Below, in pieces: positions 1-9,556 of a stretch of 64,000 bases of DNA. The position numbers were made by a program, and so were the translations under genes. The stretch is taken from the NCBI GenBank assembly GCA_050951805.1, contig JBMNJT010000008.1:224001-288000 (forward strand), written 5' to 3'. The notes below the pieces were generated by a model. The model was not told the DNA's origin. It searched no databases and saw only the letters and a list, made by a program, of their open reading frames with translations. This DNA comes from Bacillota bacterium. GTDB lineage: Bacteria > Bacillota > DTU025. Numbering within the stretch: position 1 is the first letter of the stretch; each line of letters starts with the position of its first letter.

Positions 1-837
1 CTTGTCTCCTCGGTACTGGCGGGGGTCCTTCTGGACTCGATTGAATACCCGATAAACTACGTGACGCTTTTTCTCATATCTTACGCTACGTCTTTGGTGT
101 CATTTTACTTCCTGTCCAAGATGAAGGAGTATCCTGCAACACCTGTTAGGAGCGTGTCAACTTCGCTTGGCGACAGGATTAAGCGGCCATTTACTAATCC
201 TGACTATGGCGCCAAATTCAGAGTATTCACGATAAGTGCCGTTCTCGTGCACCTTGGGATCAACCTTGCGGTTCCGGCCTACCCCATCATGTATGTGAAG
301 GATCTTGGGCTTTCAAAAAGCGCTATCGGCAGTCTTTCACTGGCGGGTGGTCTGACAGCTGTTCTGGCGTACCCTATGTGGGGAGTAGTATCGAGGAAAG
401 CCGGGGACGCCGCAGTATACGCTTTGTCTCTGCTCGCATTCGCCGCCTTTCCAGTGCTTTATGGCATGTCTGGGTCTTTGGTTTATCTCCTCATCATGAA
501 GGCAGCAATGGGGATATTCGATGCCGGCTTCGCTTTTACGCTCTTCAACCTGACGCTGGAGTATGTGGACCCTGAGGACAGCGCCAACGGGATCGCAGTC
601 TTCAACGTGCTCATCAACGCCACGGGGATTATAGGGCCTCCCATTTCGGCATTTGTCATATCCCGAAGTGGCGTGATGGCGGCCTACATTGTGTCGTCGA
701 TAGTGCGAACAGTGGGATGCGTGATCTTCCTGAAACAGTTTGGCGTAGCGGAGACTCTTGGGAGGCTACACAGATCATTAAGGCTATCGCTATCGCGGAG
801 GCGCGTGACCAAACAAGAGAAGAGGGGGGTGCTCTAA
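1..837 (+). CDS. MFS transporter, 5'-truncated by the window edge
   Basis: Frame is open from base 1. Multiple hydrophobic helices; MFS-like segments PIMYVKDLGLS, WGVVSRKAG, GIIGPPISA; basic C-terminal tail. Confidence 0.8.
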   Translation, partial: LVSSVLAGVLLDSIEYPINYVTLFLISYATSLVSFYFLSKMKEYPATPVRSVSTSLGDRIKRPFTNPDYGAKFRVFTISAVLVHLGINLAVPAYPIMYVKDLGLSKSAIGSLSLAGGLTAVLAYPMWGVVSRKAGDAAVYALSLLAFAAFPVLYGMSGSLVYLLIMKAAMGIFDAGFAFTLFNLTLEYVDPEDSANGIAVFNVLINATGIIGPPISAFVISRSGVMAAYIVSSIVRTVGCVIFLKQFGVAETLGRLHRSLRLSLSRRRVTKQEKRGVL

Positions 838-840
838 TAG

Positions 841-1164
841 GTGAAGCTTGTGATCGTAATTGTAAGGGATGATTACTCCGAAGTTTTGCAGGACGAACTT
901 GCTGATGCTGGCCATCGGTATACTAAACTTGCTTCCACAGGAGGGTTCCTGCGGAAGGGCAACACTACGTTGCTTGTGGGCGTCGATGATGCCGACGTAG
1001 ACTCGGTGCTGGAGATCGTACGCGCAACATGCAAGACACGGCAGGAGTTGATCACAACGCAGCCGATGCCTATGTCGCCAGGCCTTGCAGTTCCTCCAAT
1101 CGAGGTTATAGCAGGGGGAGCAACAGTTTTTGTGGTTGAAGTCGAGCACTTCGAGCGCATCTAG
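841..1164 (+). CDS. darA: Cyclic-di-AMP receptor DarA/PstA (PII-like, YaaQ family)
   Basis: Signature TKLASTGGFLRKGNTTLLVGV and C-terminal GGATVFV; 107 aa; GAGGGGG RBS before GTG. Confidence 0.9.
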   Translation: MKLVIVIVRDDYSEVLQDELADAGHRYTKLASTGGFLRKGNTTLLVGVDDADVDSVLEIVRATCKTRQELITTQPMPMSPGLAVPPIEVIAGGATVFVVEVEHFERI

Positions 1165-1188
1165 AAGTCTTAGGATCACCCATGGGGT

Positions 1189-1220
1189 AGGCCGCGGAAC
1201 TGATGTTTCCGTGGCCTTTT
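1189..1220 (+). terminator. Intrinsic terminator after darA
   Basis: Stem AGGCCGCGGAAC / GTTTCCGTGGCCT ending in a short T run. Confidence 0.6.
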
Positions 1221-1745
1221 CCATTGTGGCGGTGGTTCTGTCTCTGGGGATTTCCGGCCCCCCGTCTTCGTGCCTCGGGACGTGTCTAACCGTCTCGGAG
1301 TCCCCAGCGCTCAGACATCCCATTCTGTGGCCGCAGAGCATTGATACAGCATAATGGAGAAGTGTGGGGCGAAAGCCATTTAAAGGTCGAGTTCTCTTGT
1401 TTCACACGCATATTGCGCTCTTACAGTGTTTGCCCGGTGCGGGTAAAGCCTGAGGCCTTCGGTTTGACCGCTCAGTTAGCGCGCGGGAGTCTGATATGGA
1501 GGTTTGGGGACCGGGATCGGCTTTCTACCTTGCAAGCGCCGATCCTAGGATCGTGCAGGAACTTATTCGCAGGGCAGTTGGTCTGCTCTTTTGGACGTTC
1601 TTAGGCGAGCTTTCATACAACTGGCCCCACATGCACGAATGCATCAATCTCAGGCGGATGCGGGCCGAAAGCGGCCAAAATCAGCTGGGTGCAAATTGTC
1701 TTGTACGAAGTGTTGTATATTGTGGCGGAAACTGTTATTATTGAA

Positions 1746-1763
1746 TTGTGAAAGACTGCACAA
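1746..1763. promoter_or_regulatory. Rex operator upstream of the hydrogenase operon
   Basis: TTGTGAA-AGAC-TGCACAA matches the Rex consensus TTGTGAA-N4-TTCACAA with one mismatch; 18 nt before the first gene; rex closes the operon. Confidence 0.8.
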
Positions 1764-1781
1764 AGTTGGGACGGCGATAAA

Positions 1782-2066
1782 ATGGTCACCATCTCGGTAT
1801 GCGTTGGAAGCTCGTGTCATATCAAGGGTGCTCCTGAAGTCATCGAGAAGTTCCAGAAGCTCATATCCGACTACGATCTTTACAACCTGGTCGAGCTCAA
1901 AGGCGTGTTTTGCCTGGAACGTTGCACCGAAGGCGTAACCATCGATATCGATGGCAATATCTATTCCGCGGTGAATCCAGATGCTGCCGTGGACATCTTC
2001 AGAGAGCGCGTGCTTGCCCCCCTTGGTCTGACCCCAAAAACTGGAGATGATAATGACGGTCAATGA
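1782..2066 (+). CDS. Thioredoxin-like [2Fe-2S] ferredoxin (HfsA-like)
   Basis: VCVGSSCHIKG ... GVFCLERC four-Cys pattern; first gene of the hydrogenase cluster. Confidence 0.8.
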   Translation: MVTISVCVGSSCHIKGAPEVIEKFQKLISDYDLYNLVELKGVFCLERCTEGVTIDIDGNIYSAVNPDAAVDIFRERVLAPLGLTPKTGDDNDGQ

Positions 2067-2202
2067 GGCCTGGTGAGCCAGGGCAACGCGTCTTGGTGCC
2101 GGGCCTTAGCTGCACTTGGAGATTGAAAAGGGCTCAAGGGGGCAAAAACCTGAAGAATCGCGAGTGCGACTCGGATGTAGATGATCAAGGGGGCTGCAAC
2201 AA

Positions 2203-3942
2203 TTGAGTCTGATCACGACTATAAGGGCCAATTGCAAGGATTGTTATAAGTGCGTGCGTCACTGTCCTATGAAGGCCATAAAGGTGGTGGACGGACACGC
2301 TGAAGTCGTTGATGAGCTGTGTATAGGCGACGGAACATGTGTGCGAATATGCCCTCAGGGAGCCAAGCAAGTCCGGGATTCCCGCGGGGCTGTCCGCGAT
2401 ATCCTCAGGTCGGGCAGGAAGGTTGCTCTTTCCGTGGCGCCATCTTTCGTGTCGAGCTTCAACGATGTGGACCCTGGATCATTTGCCACCGCAGCCAGAG
2501 GACTTGGGTTCGACATAGTCACGGAAACGGCTGAAGCGGCCTACTATGTCACGATATCCACCATGGAGGCTTTGGACAGGTGCGAAAAACCTGCCATAGC
2601 AACCAGTTGTCCGGTCATTGTAAACCTGGTCGAACGGTATTATCCGCATCTACTGGGCCATTTGGTCCCTGTGGCTTCACCCATGGTTGTCCATGGAAGA
2701 ATGCTCAAGAATGAGATGGGGCCGGGATCCAAAGTCGTATTTGCAGGGCCTTGCATAGCTAAGAAGCAGGAGGCGGAGAAGGAAGAGGCCGCAGGCGCTG
2801 TCGACGCAGTATTGACCTTCGAGGAACTGGACAGTCTGTTTAAAGAGGCTCGCATCGTCCCCGCAGCTCAGGAGCCAAGCGAGTGGAACGGGCGCGTGCC
2901 GGGCGTGGCGAGGCTGTTCCCAATTGAGGGCGGCATGATGGCAACGGCGGGAATCCCAAACGGTGGTATGGGAAGCGCAGACATCTGCATAACAGGGATC
3001 GAGGAGGCTATCGATTTTCTGGAGCATGCTAAGGCCCACAGTGATATCAGGCTCGCGGAGATACTTTCCTGCGAAGGAGGGTGCGTAGCCGGACCTTGCG
3101 TTCTGGCTGATGCGGACTTGTGGTCTAGGCGGCGTAAGGTAGTGGAACACACTCTGCGGGGGCGTGCAGGCAGCGCTGATGAGGAGGCATCGCCCGAAGG
3201 CAAGCGAAGGGCTGTTGATCCGCCAAGGCCAGAATTGCTCAGCATGTCCTTTAGCGTGCGCGAAGTCAATCTGCCCATGCCGACTGAGGACGAGATCCGG
3301 GAAATACTCGCTCAGACAGACAAGTTCTCTCCCGAAGACGAGCTCAACTGCGGAGCATGCGGTTACAACTCATGTCGCGACAAGGCTATAGCGGTCTATC
3401 GAGGCATGGCTGAAGTTGAGATGTGCATTCCCTACATGCGCCGGCGCGCGGAGTCTATGTCTAACCTGATAATCAGCTCTACTCCAAATGCAATAGTCGC
3501 TGTGGATCGGGACCTGCGGATAGTCCTGGTCAATCCGGCGTTTGAATCCGTTTTCCGTCTCAGTGCGGAGTCATGTGTGGGACAGCACGTCAGTGTAGCC
3601 ATGGATCCGGAGCCTTTCCGCAGGGTTTTCGAGACCAAGGAATTGATAAGCATCGAGGAGGAGCATTTAGGGGGCGAGCTGCGAACATCGCAGATCGTAT
3701 TCTACGTTGAAGTGCGCGACCTGGCTGTGGCGATCGGAACCGACATAACTGCTGAATACGATACGGCGCGGGCGATACAGAAAGCTCGAGAGGAGACGTT
3801 GGAGAAGGCTGGAGCGGTTATCGACAGGCAGATGCGAGTTGCGCAGGAGATTGCGGGGCTTCTGGGGGAGACGACCGCTGAGACTAAATTGCTGCTTACG
3901 CAATTGATCAAGCAGATGCAGGATGAGGAGTTGACGCGCTAA
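2203..3942 (+). CDS. hydS: Sensory-type (group C) [FeFe]-hydrogenase with PAS domain (HydS/HfsB-like)
   Basis: N-terminal 2x[4Fe-4S]; H-cluster motifs ATSCP, GPCIAKKQE, EILSCEGGC; FeS motif CGACGYNSC; PAS region after MSNLIISSTPNAIVAVD; C-terminal QMRVAQEIAGLLGETTAETK. Confidence 0.85.
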   Translation: MSLITTIRANCKDCYKCVRHCPMKAIKVVDGHAEVVDELCIGDGTCVRICPQGAKQVRDSRGAVRDILRSGRKVALSVAPSFVSSFNDVDPGSFATAARGLGFDIVTETAEAAYYVTISTMEALDRCEKPAIATSCPVIVNLVERYYPHLLGHLVPVASPMVVHGRMLKNEMGPGSKVVFAGPCIAKKQEAEKEEAAGAVDAVLTFEELDSLFKEARIVPAAQEPSEWNGRVPGVARLFPIEGGMMATAGIPNGGMGSADICITGIEEAIDFLEHAKAHSDIRLAEILSCEGGCVAGPCVLADADLWSRRRKVVEHTLRGRAGSADEEASPEGKRRAVDPPRPELLSMSFSVREVNLPMPTEDEIREILAQTDKFSPEDELNCGACGYNSCRDKAIAVYRGMAEVEMCIPYMRRRAESMSNLIISSTPNAIVAVDRDLRIVLVNPAFESVFRLSAESCVGQHVSVAMDPEPFRRVFETKELISIEEEHLGGELRTSQIVFYVEVRDLAVAIGTDITAEYDTARAIQKAREETLEKAGAVIDRQMRVAQEIAGLLGETTAETKLLLTQLIKQMQDEELTR

Positions 3943-5084
3943 TGAGTGAACTTCATGTTGAGGCTGCGTTTACTTCTCTGCCCAAGCATGGGGAGGAGCT
4001 GTGCGGCGACAGAGTGGAGATTGCCCGCAGTGGCGACATGGTCACCGTCGTGCTCAGCGATGGCCTCGGATCGGGCGTAAAAGCCAACATCCTGGCGACT
4101 CTCACATCTACTATAGCGGTGAGCATGCTTCGCGGCGGCGCGTCCATTGATGATGTTGTAGAAACTATAGGCCACACGTTGCCCATATGCCAGGTGCGTA
4201 AGGTGGCTTACTCAACACTGACGATATTGCAGATAAAGAATGACGGCAGTGCTTATCTTGTGCAGTACGACAATCCAGACGCTTTCTACTATTCAGATGG
4301 AATGATTGTTCCAATAGAGTCGTCTGACAGAATAGTCGCTGACAAAGTGATAAAAGAGGCTCGATTTCAGCTAAAGGCTGGCGACAGGTTATTCCTCGTC
4401 TCGGACGGGGTGATCTATGCCGGAGTAGGGGGGGTCCTCAACCTCGGTTGGGGCTGGCCCAATGTTGCAGACTACATCAAGAAAATCAACGATCAGGAGA
4501 GCAGAGCATCAGTGCTTGCAAAATGGCTTGTGAATGTGTGTGATCAGTTTTATGCCGGGCAGCCTGGAGATGACACCACTGCGGTTGCTGTAGTCATTCG
4601 TGAACCGCGCTGTCTCACGGTGGCGGTCGGTCCCCCGAAGAAGCCCGAGGATGACCGGAAAATGGTGGCCAGATTGATGAGTTCGGTTGGCACCAAGGTA
4701 GTGTGCGGAGGGACTACAGGCAAGATTGTTGCGAGGGAGATCGGGGAATCCCTCCACGTCGATCTTGACACTATCCATGGAGGCATGCCTCCGACTGCGA
4801 GCATCAATGGGATCGATTTGGTTACAGAGGGGATAATAACGCTTTCAAAGACGTTGGATCGCCTTATTCAGGGTGAACCTGTTCATGGCAAGGATGGCGC
4901 TAGCAGGCTGGCGCGAATGTTGCTCGATGCCGACCATGTGGAATTGCTGGTGGGTAAGGCTGTCAACCCTGCTCATCAAAACCCCGATTTGCCGATAAGC
5001 ACTACACTAAAGGAACGGGTGATGGATGATATAGCGAGGATTCTTGTTGAGCTTGGCAAGGAGGTTTCGGTTTCTTACTATTGA
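3942..5084 (+). CDS. SpoIIE/PP2C-family Ser/Thr phosphatase (HfsC-like)
   Basis: ELCGD, VLSDGLGSGVKAN, VSDGV and GDDTT metal-binding motifs; overlaps the hydS stop. Confidence 0.85.
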   Translation: MSELHVEAAFTSLPKHGEELCGDRVEIARSGDMVTVVLSDGLGSGVKANILATLTSTIAVSMLRGGASIDDVVETIGHTLPICQVRKVAYSTLTILQIKNDGSAYLVQYDNPDAFYYSDGMIVPIESSDRIVADKVIKEARFQLKAGDRLFLVSDGVIYAGVGGVLNLGWGWPNVADYIKKINDQESRASVLAKWLVNVCDQFYAGQPGDDTTAVAVVIREPRCLTVAVGPPKKPEDDRKMVARLMSSVGTKVVCGGTTGKIVAREIGESLHVDLDTIHGGMPPTASINGIDLVTEGIITLSKTLDRLIQGEPVHGKDGASRLARMLLDADHVELLVGKAVNPAHQNPDLPISTTLKERVMDDIARILVELGKEVSVSYY

Positions 5085-5142
5085 GCGCCGATTGCTGGGC
5101 GCTGAAGCGGGACAGAAAAAATCTTTGTCTGGAGGCAGGAGA

Positions 5143-5640
5143 ATGACAGCCGTTGAGGCAGCGCAGAGAAGATTTGAACGTGTAAATGAGATAATCGAGA
5201 AGCACGGTCGCAGCCAGTCTTCGCTTGTTCCAATACTCCAGGATGTGCAGGCGGAATACAGGTATCTCCCTGAGGAGATTCTTACGTACGTCGCTACAGC
5301 GATGGGTCTGTCTGTCGCAACAGTGTACGGTGTAGCCACCTTCTATGCCCAGTTTTCCTTGGAGCCCAAGGGCAAGTACGTGGTGAGGGTGTGCGACGGC
5401 ACGGCGTGCCACGTCAGACAGTCAATGCCTGTGTACGAGGCTGTTAGATCAAAGCTTGAGCTTGCTGACGGAAAATTCACAACTCCCGACCTGATGTTTA
5501 CCGTAGAAACCGTATCGTGCTTGGGCGCATGTGGGTTGGCGCCTGTTATGACGATCAATGATGAAGTCCACGGCAAGATGACTCCAGAGGCAGCATGCAT
5601 CATAATAGACACTCTGCTAGAAAGGGAGGGCCAGATCTAG
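5143..5640 (+). CDS. hydC: Bifurcating [FeFe]-hydrogenase gamma subunit (NuoE-like)
   Basis: VYGVATFY, CDGTACH, SCLGACGLAP; ATG at 5143 after GGAGGCAGGAG. Confidence 0.9.
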   Translation: MTAVEAAQRRFERVNEIIEKHGRSQSSLVPILQDVQAEYRYLPEEILTYVATAMGLSVATVYGVATFYAQFSLEPKGKYVVRVCDGTACHVRQSMPVYEAVRSKLELADGKFTTPDLMFTVETVSCLGACGLAPVMTINDEVHGKMTPEAACIIIDTLLEREGQI

Positions 5641-5642
5641 AA

Positions 5643-7478
5643 ATGGCGATTACGTCGAGGGAAGAACTGAACGCCTGTGCTGACCAGTTCCGCAAGGAAC
5701 TTGCGTCCAAGAAGAAACGAGTACTTGTCTGCGCGGGCACGGGGTGTCTGGCCAACGGCTCCGCCAAGGTTTTGCAGGAGTTTGAAAGGCTTTCGGTTGA
5801 TGCCGTAGGTGTCACAAAAAGCGGGTGTCATGGCTTTTGTGAAGCGGGGCCTTTGGTGAGGATCGAGCCCGACCACATACTGTATGTACACGTGAAGCCT
5901 GAGGATGTAGAGGAAATAGTCGAGAAGACTCTAAAGCTGGGGGAGCCGGTGGAGCGTCTGCTCTATCACCATCCGGTTACCGGGAAAGCGTATCTAGGCG
6001 AGGGCGACATACCTTTTTACAAGAGCCAAACCAGGGTTGCTTTGGCAAATTGCGGGGCCATCGACCCCGATGACATAAGAGAATACATCGCTCTTGGCGG
6101 GTACAAGGCCCTTGCCAGGGCTGTGGTAGATCTTACGCCTGAGGAGATCATCGAAGAGATCCTCGAAAGCGGGCTCAGAGGGCGTGGGGGAGGAGGGTTC
6201 CCCACTGGGCGGAAATGGATGTTTGCGCAGGCCGCCGAGGGCAGCGAGAAGTATATAGTCTGCAATGGCGACGAGGGAGATCCCGGCGCTTTCATGGACC
6301 GAAGCGTCATGGAAGGTGATCCTCACCGAGTTATAGAGGGCTTGGCCATTGCTGCAAGGGCGATTGGCGCATCCCACGGCTACGTCTATGTCAGGGCTGA
6401 ATATCCGTTGGCTGTGGCGCGCTTGCAGAACGCGGTGAAACAAGCTAGAGAACTGGGCTTGCTAGGAGAGGGGATATTTGGGACCGAATTTGCCTTCGAT
6501 GTGACTATCAAGGAGGGCGCCGGCGCTTTTGTGTGCGGAGAAGAGACGGCTCTCCTAGCATCCATCGAGGGGAAACGAGGCATGCCCCGACCCCGTCCGC
6601 CCTTTCCTGCGCACGAGGGCCTGTATGGTAAGCCTACTGTCATAAATAACGTTGAGACTTTGGCAACTGTCCCTCCTATCATGCTCCATGGGCCTTCATG
6701 GTTCCGCAGCATCGGGGGGGAGACGAGTCCGGGGACGAAGACATTTGCCATAACGGGCCAGGTGGCCAATACCGGACTGATCGAGGTTCCGATGGGTGCG
6801 ACTTTGAGGGAAGTCGTCTTCGACATCGGCGGTGGCGTGCGGACTGGCCGGGCATTCAAGGCTGCGCAGATAGGCGGGCCATCAGGAGGGTGCCTGCCGG
6901 CTGAGCTACTTGATACTCCACTCGAGTACGACGCTCTGGCAAAGGTTGGCGCGATGGTAGGTTCCGGTGGTCTGGTGATCATGGATGAAGGAACCTGTAT
7001 GGTTGAGGTGGCACGCTTTTTCATGAAGTTCACGCAACACGAATCCTGCGGGAAGTGTGTGCCGTGTCGTGAGGGAACCAAGAGGATGCTTGAGATCCTC
7101 GAGAAAATCGTGGCCGGGCGTGCAACCATGGAGGACCTTGATAACTTGGAGGAGATCGCGTGGGTCGTCAAGGAGAGTTCCTTGTGCGGCCTGGGCAAGA
7201 CTGCTCCGAATCCGGTCCTTACCACGTTGCGGTATTTCCGCGATGAATACGTTGCTCATATAGTGGACAAAGAATGTCCAGCCGGCGTGTGCGTGGCCTT
7301 TAAGCATTATTCCATCGACCCGGAGCTGTGCAAAGGCTGCGGCAAGTGCAAGAGGTCGTGCCCTGCCGGGGCCATCAGCGGCGAGGTGAAGAATCCCCAC
7401 GTTATAGATGTGGATAAGTGTATCAAGTGTGGAGCGTGCGCTGGAAATTGTCCGTTCGGTGCTATCTCACTGCGATGA
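5643..7478 (+). CDS. hydB: Bifurcating [FeFe]-hydrogenase beta subunit (NuoF-like, FMN/NADH-binding)
   Basis: GLRGRGGGGFPTG, NGDEGDPGAFMDR, FVCGEETAL, ESCGKCVPCREG; N-terminal 2Fe-2S and C-terminal 2x[4Fe-4S]. Confidence 0.93.
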   Translation: MAITSREELNACADQFRKELASKKKRVLVCAGTGCLANGSAKVLQEFERLSVDAVGVTKSGCHGFCEAGPLVRIEPDHILYVHVKPEDVEEIVEKTLKLGEPVERLLYHHPVTGKAYLGEGDIPFYKSQTRVALANCGAIDPDDIREYIALGGYKALARAVVDLTPEEIIEEILESGLRGRGGGGFPTGRKWMFAQAAEGSEKYIVCNGDEGDPGAFMDRSVMEGDPHRVIEGLAIAARAIGASHGYVYVRAEYPLAVARLQNAVKQARELGLLGEGIFGTEFAFDVTIKEGAGAFVCGEETALLASIEGKRGMPRPRPPFPAHEGLYGKPTVINNVETLATVPPIMLHGPSWFRSIGGETSPGTKTFAITGQVANTGLIEVPMGATLREVVFDIGGGVRTGRAFKAAQIGGPSGGCLPAELLDTPLEYDALAKVGAMVGSGGLVIMDEGTCMVEVARFFMKFTQHESCGKCVPCREGTKRMLEILEKIVAGRATMEDLDNLEEIAWVVKESSLCGLGKTAPNPVLTTLRYFRDEYVAHIVDKECPAGVCVAFKHYSIDPELCKGCGKCKRSCPAGAISGEVKNPHVIDVDKCIKCGACAGNCPFGAISLR

Positions 7479-7498
7479 CCGGGGGAGGGCGGAAATCA

Positions 7499-9541
7499 AT
7501 GTCTGCACAACAGATGGTAACAATAGACGGTCTGGCCGTTCCTATAGAGGGCGAGCGCAATCTGCTGGAGCTCATACGCAAGGCGGGAATAGATCTTCCT
7601 ACATTCTGCTACCACTCCGAGCTCTCCGTTTACGGAGCATGCAGGATGTGTGTGGTGGAGATCGAGAACAGAGGGGTAGTGGCGTCCTGCACGGTGCCGC
7701 CTCAGCCCGGCATGGTGGTGACCACCAACACCGAGAAGCTGAGGACAATAAGGAGGACGATAATAGAGCTTCTCCTGGCTAACCATGACCGTGACTGCAC
7801 TACGTGTAGCAAGAACGGGGCGTGCATGCTTCAGGACCTGGCCAGGCGTTTCGGCGTGACGAACGTTAGGTTTGGACAAGCAGACGAGAGGCGTCGCCTC
7901 GACAGGTCTACGCCGGCTATAGTGCGCGACCCGAATAAGTGCATTCTCTGTGGAGACTGCGTGCGTGTATGCGGCGAGGTGCAAGGCATAGGGGTTTTGG
8001 ACTTCGCATACCGCGGTTCATATTCCATGGTGACGCCAGCTTTCGGAAAAGAGCTGGCTGATGTAGATTGTGTCCAGTGTGGGCAGTGCGCCAGTGTATG
8101 TCCGACCGCCGCAATAACTATCCACTCGTCCACAGATGAGGTGTGGAAAGCAATACATGACAAGAATAAGACGGTGGTGGCTCAGGTTGCCCCGGCTGTG
8201 AGGGTAGCCCTTGGAGAAGAGTTTGGGCATGCGCCAGGCTGGGCTGAACCTGGCAAGGTTGTGGCTGCCTTGAAGAAGATCGGGTTCGATCTCGTCTTCG
8301 ACACTTCATTCACTGCCGACCTTACGGTTGTGGAGGAGACCGCGGAGTTCTTGGAGAGGATCTCATCGGGCAACGAGGGGCGTTTGCCGCAGTTTACTTC
8401 ATGTTGCCCTGCATGGGTGAAATATGTCGAGCAGTATCACCCGGAGTATCTTTCGAACCTATCGTCATGCAGGTCGCCACAGCAGATGTTCGGCGCCTTG
8501 GCCCGGACATATCTCCCGGCCCAACTGCGTGTGGAGCCCGAGGAGATATACGTGGTTTCGGTGATGCCGTGCACGGCGAAGAAGTTTGAGGCGACGAGGA
8601 ATGAGTTTGTTTCAGACGGCAAGCCTGATGTGGACGCTGTCATCACCACACAGGAACTTGCCCGCATGATACGGGAGGCCGGGGTCAGGTTCGATGATCT
8701 TCCTGTTGAGCCGTTTGACCTTCCCATGGGGATGGCTACAGGCGCAGGGATGATTTTCGGGAATACAGGCGGGGTTGCCGAGGCCGTGCTCCGAGCCGCT
8801 TCTGATATACTAGAGCCCAACAAGGCTGTTGGGGCGGGCAGCAACAGGAGAATCGTATTTGATGAGGTGCGAGGAGTCGACGGTGTCCGGGAGGCTAGCT
8901 TGACTCTGGGCGGACGCGAGGTAAGGCTTGCAGTCGCCCACTCGCTGGGAGCGGCGGCGCAGGTGCTTGAAAGGATCAAGTCGGGCGAGGCCGAGTATGA
9001 CCTTGTTGAGATCATGGCGTGTCCCGGAGGGTGCATCGGAGGCGCCGGACAACCCAACCCGTCCCATTTGGAAGTTAGGAAGAAAAGGTCAAAGGCCCTA
9101 TATGACGTGGATACCATGCAGATGTTGCGGAGAGCGCACGACAATCCGTTCGTGAAGCAGCTATACGATAAATTCCTGGGTGAACCGTGTGGCGAGACGT
9201 CGCATGAGTTGCTCCACACCGATTACGGCGAGCGCAGACGCATAAAGGGAGAGACTATCAAGCTCTCCTCAGAGGAAGTGGCCGGTCAGATCGATGTAGG
9301 CGTGTGCGTAGGCACGTGCTGCTATCTGAATGGATCGTACGATCTTCTCAAGGGCTTGATGGAAAAGGTTAACAAGGCGGGGATAGAAGACAAGGTAAAC
9401 CTTCATGCCACGTTTTGTTTCGAGAATTGCGAGCATAGTCCTAATATCCAGATTGACGGAGGCATAATATCCGGAGTTAGCGAAGACGACATCGAGAGGA
9501 TATTTAGAGAGGAAATCATGTCCCGCCTCGAGGAGCAATAG
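7499..9541 (+). CDS. hydA: [FeFe]-hydrogenase catalytic subunit (group A3) with C-terminal thioredoxin-like [2Fe-2S] domain
   Basis: L1 FTSCCPAW, L2 MPCTAKKFE, L3 EIMACPGGCIGGAGQP; N-terminal 2Fe-2S, His-ligated and 2x[4Fe-4S] clusters; tail VCVGTCC...FCFENC. Confidence 0.95.
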   Translation: MSAQQMVTIDGLAVPIEGERNLLELIRKAGIDLPTFCYHSELSVYGACRMCVVEIENRGVVASCTVPPQPGMVVTTNTEKLRTIRRTIIELLLANHDRDCTTCSKNGACMLQDLARRFGVTNVRFGQADERRRLDRSTPAIVRDPNKCILCGDCVRVCGEVQGIGVLDFAYRGSYSMVTPAFGKELADVDCVQCGQCASVCPTAAITIHSSTDEVWKAIHDKNKTVVAQVAPAVRVALGEEFGHAPGWAEPGKVVAALKKIGFDLVFDTSFTADLTVVEETAEFLERISSGNEGRLPQFTSCCPAWVKYVEQYHPEYLSNLSSCRSPQQMFGALARTYLPAQLRVEPEEIYVVSVMPCTAKKFEATRNEFVSDGKPDVDAVITTQELARMIREAGVRFDDLPVEPFDLPMGMATGAGMIFGNTGGVAEAVLRAASDILEPNKAVGAGSNRRIVFDEVRGVDGVREASLTLGGREVRLAVAHSLGAAAQVLERIKSGEAEYDLVEIMACPGGCIGGAGQPNPSHLEVRKKRSKALYDVDTMQMLRRAHDNPFVKQLYDKFLGEPCGETSHELLHTDYGERRRIKGETIKLSSEEVAGQIDVGVCVGTCCYLNGSYDLLKGLMEKVNKAGIEDKVNLHATFCFENCEHSPNIQIDGGIISGVSEDDIERIFREEIMSRLEEQ

Positions 9542-9556
9542 GCGAGGGGTGGTTTA

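Noticed and set aside
1341-1938. Several short overlapping ORFs upstream of the hydrogenase operon
   Set aside because: No RBS or recognisable motifs, and some overlap the Rex box and the first real gene.
6386-7225. Long antisense ORFs over hydB, hydA, ntpE/ntpC, cysS, clpC and others
   Set aside because: Typical shadow ORFs of GC-rich coding sequence opposite well-supported genes.
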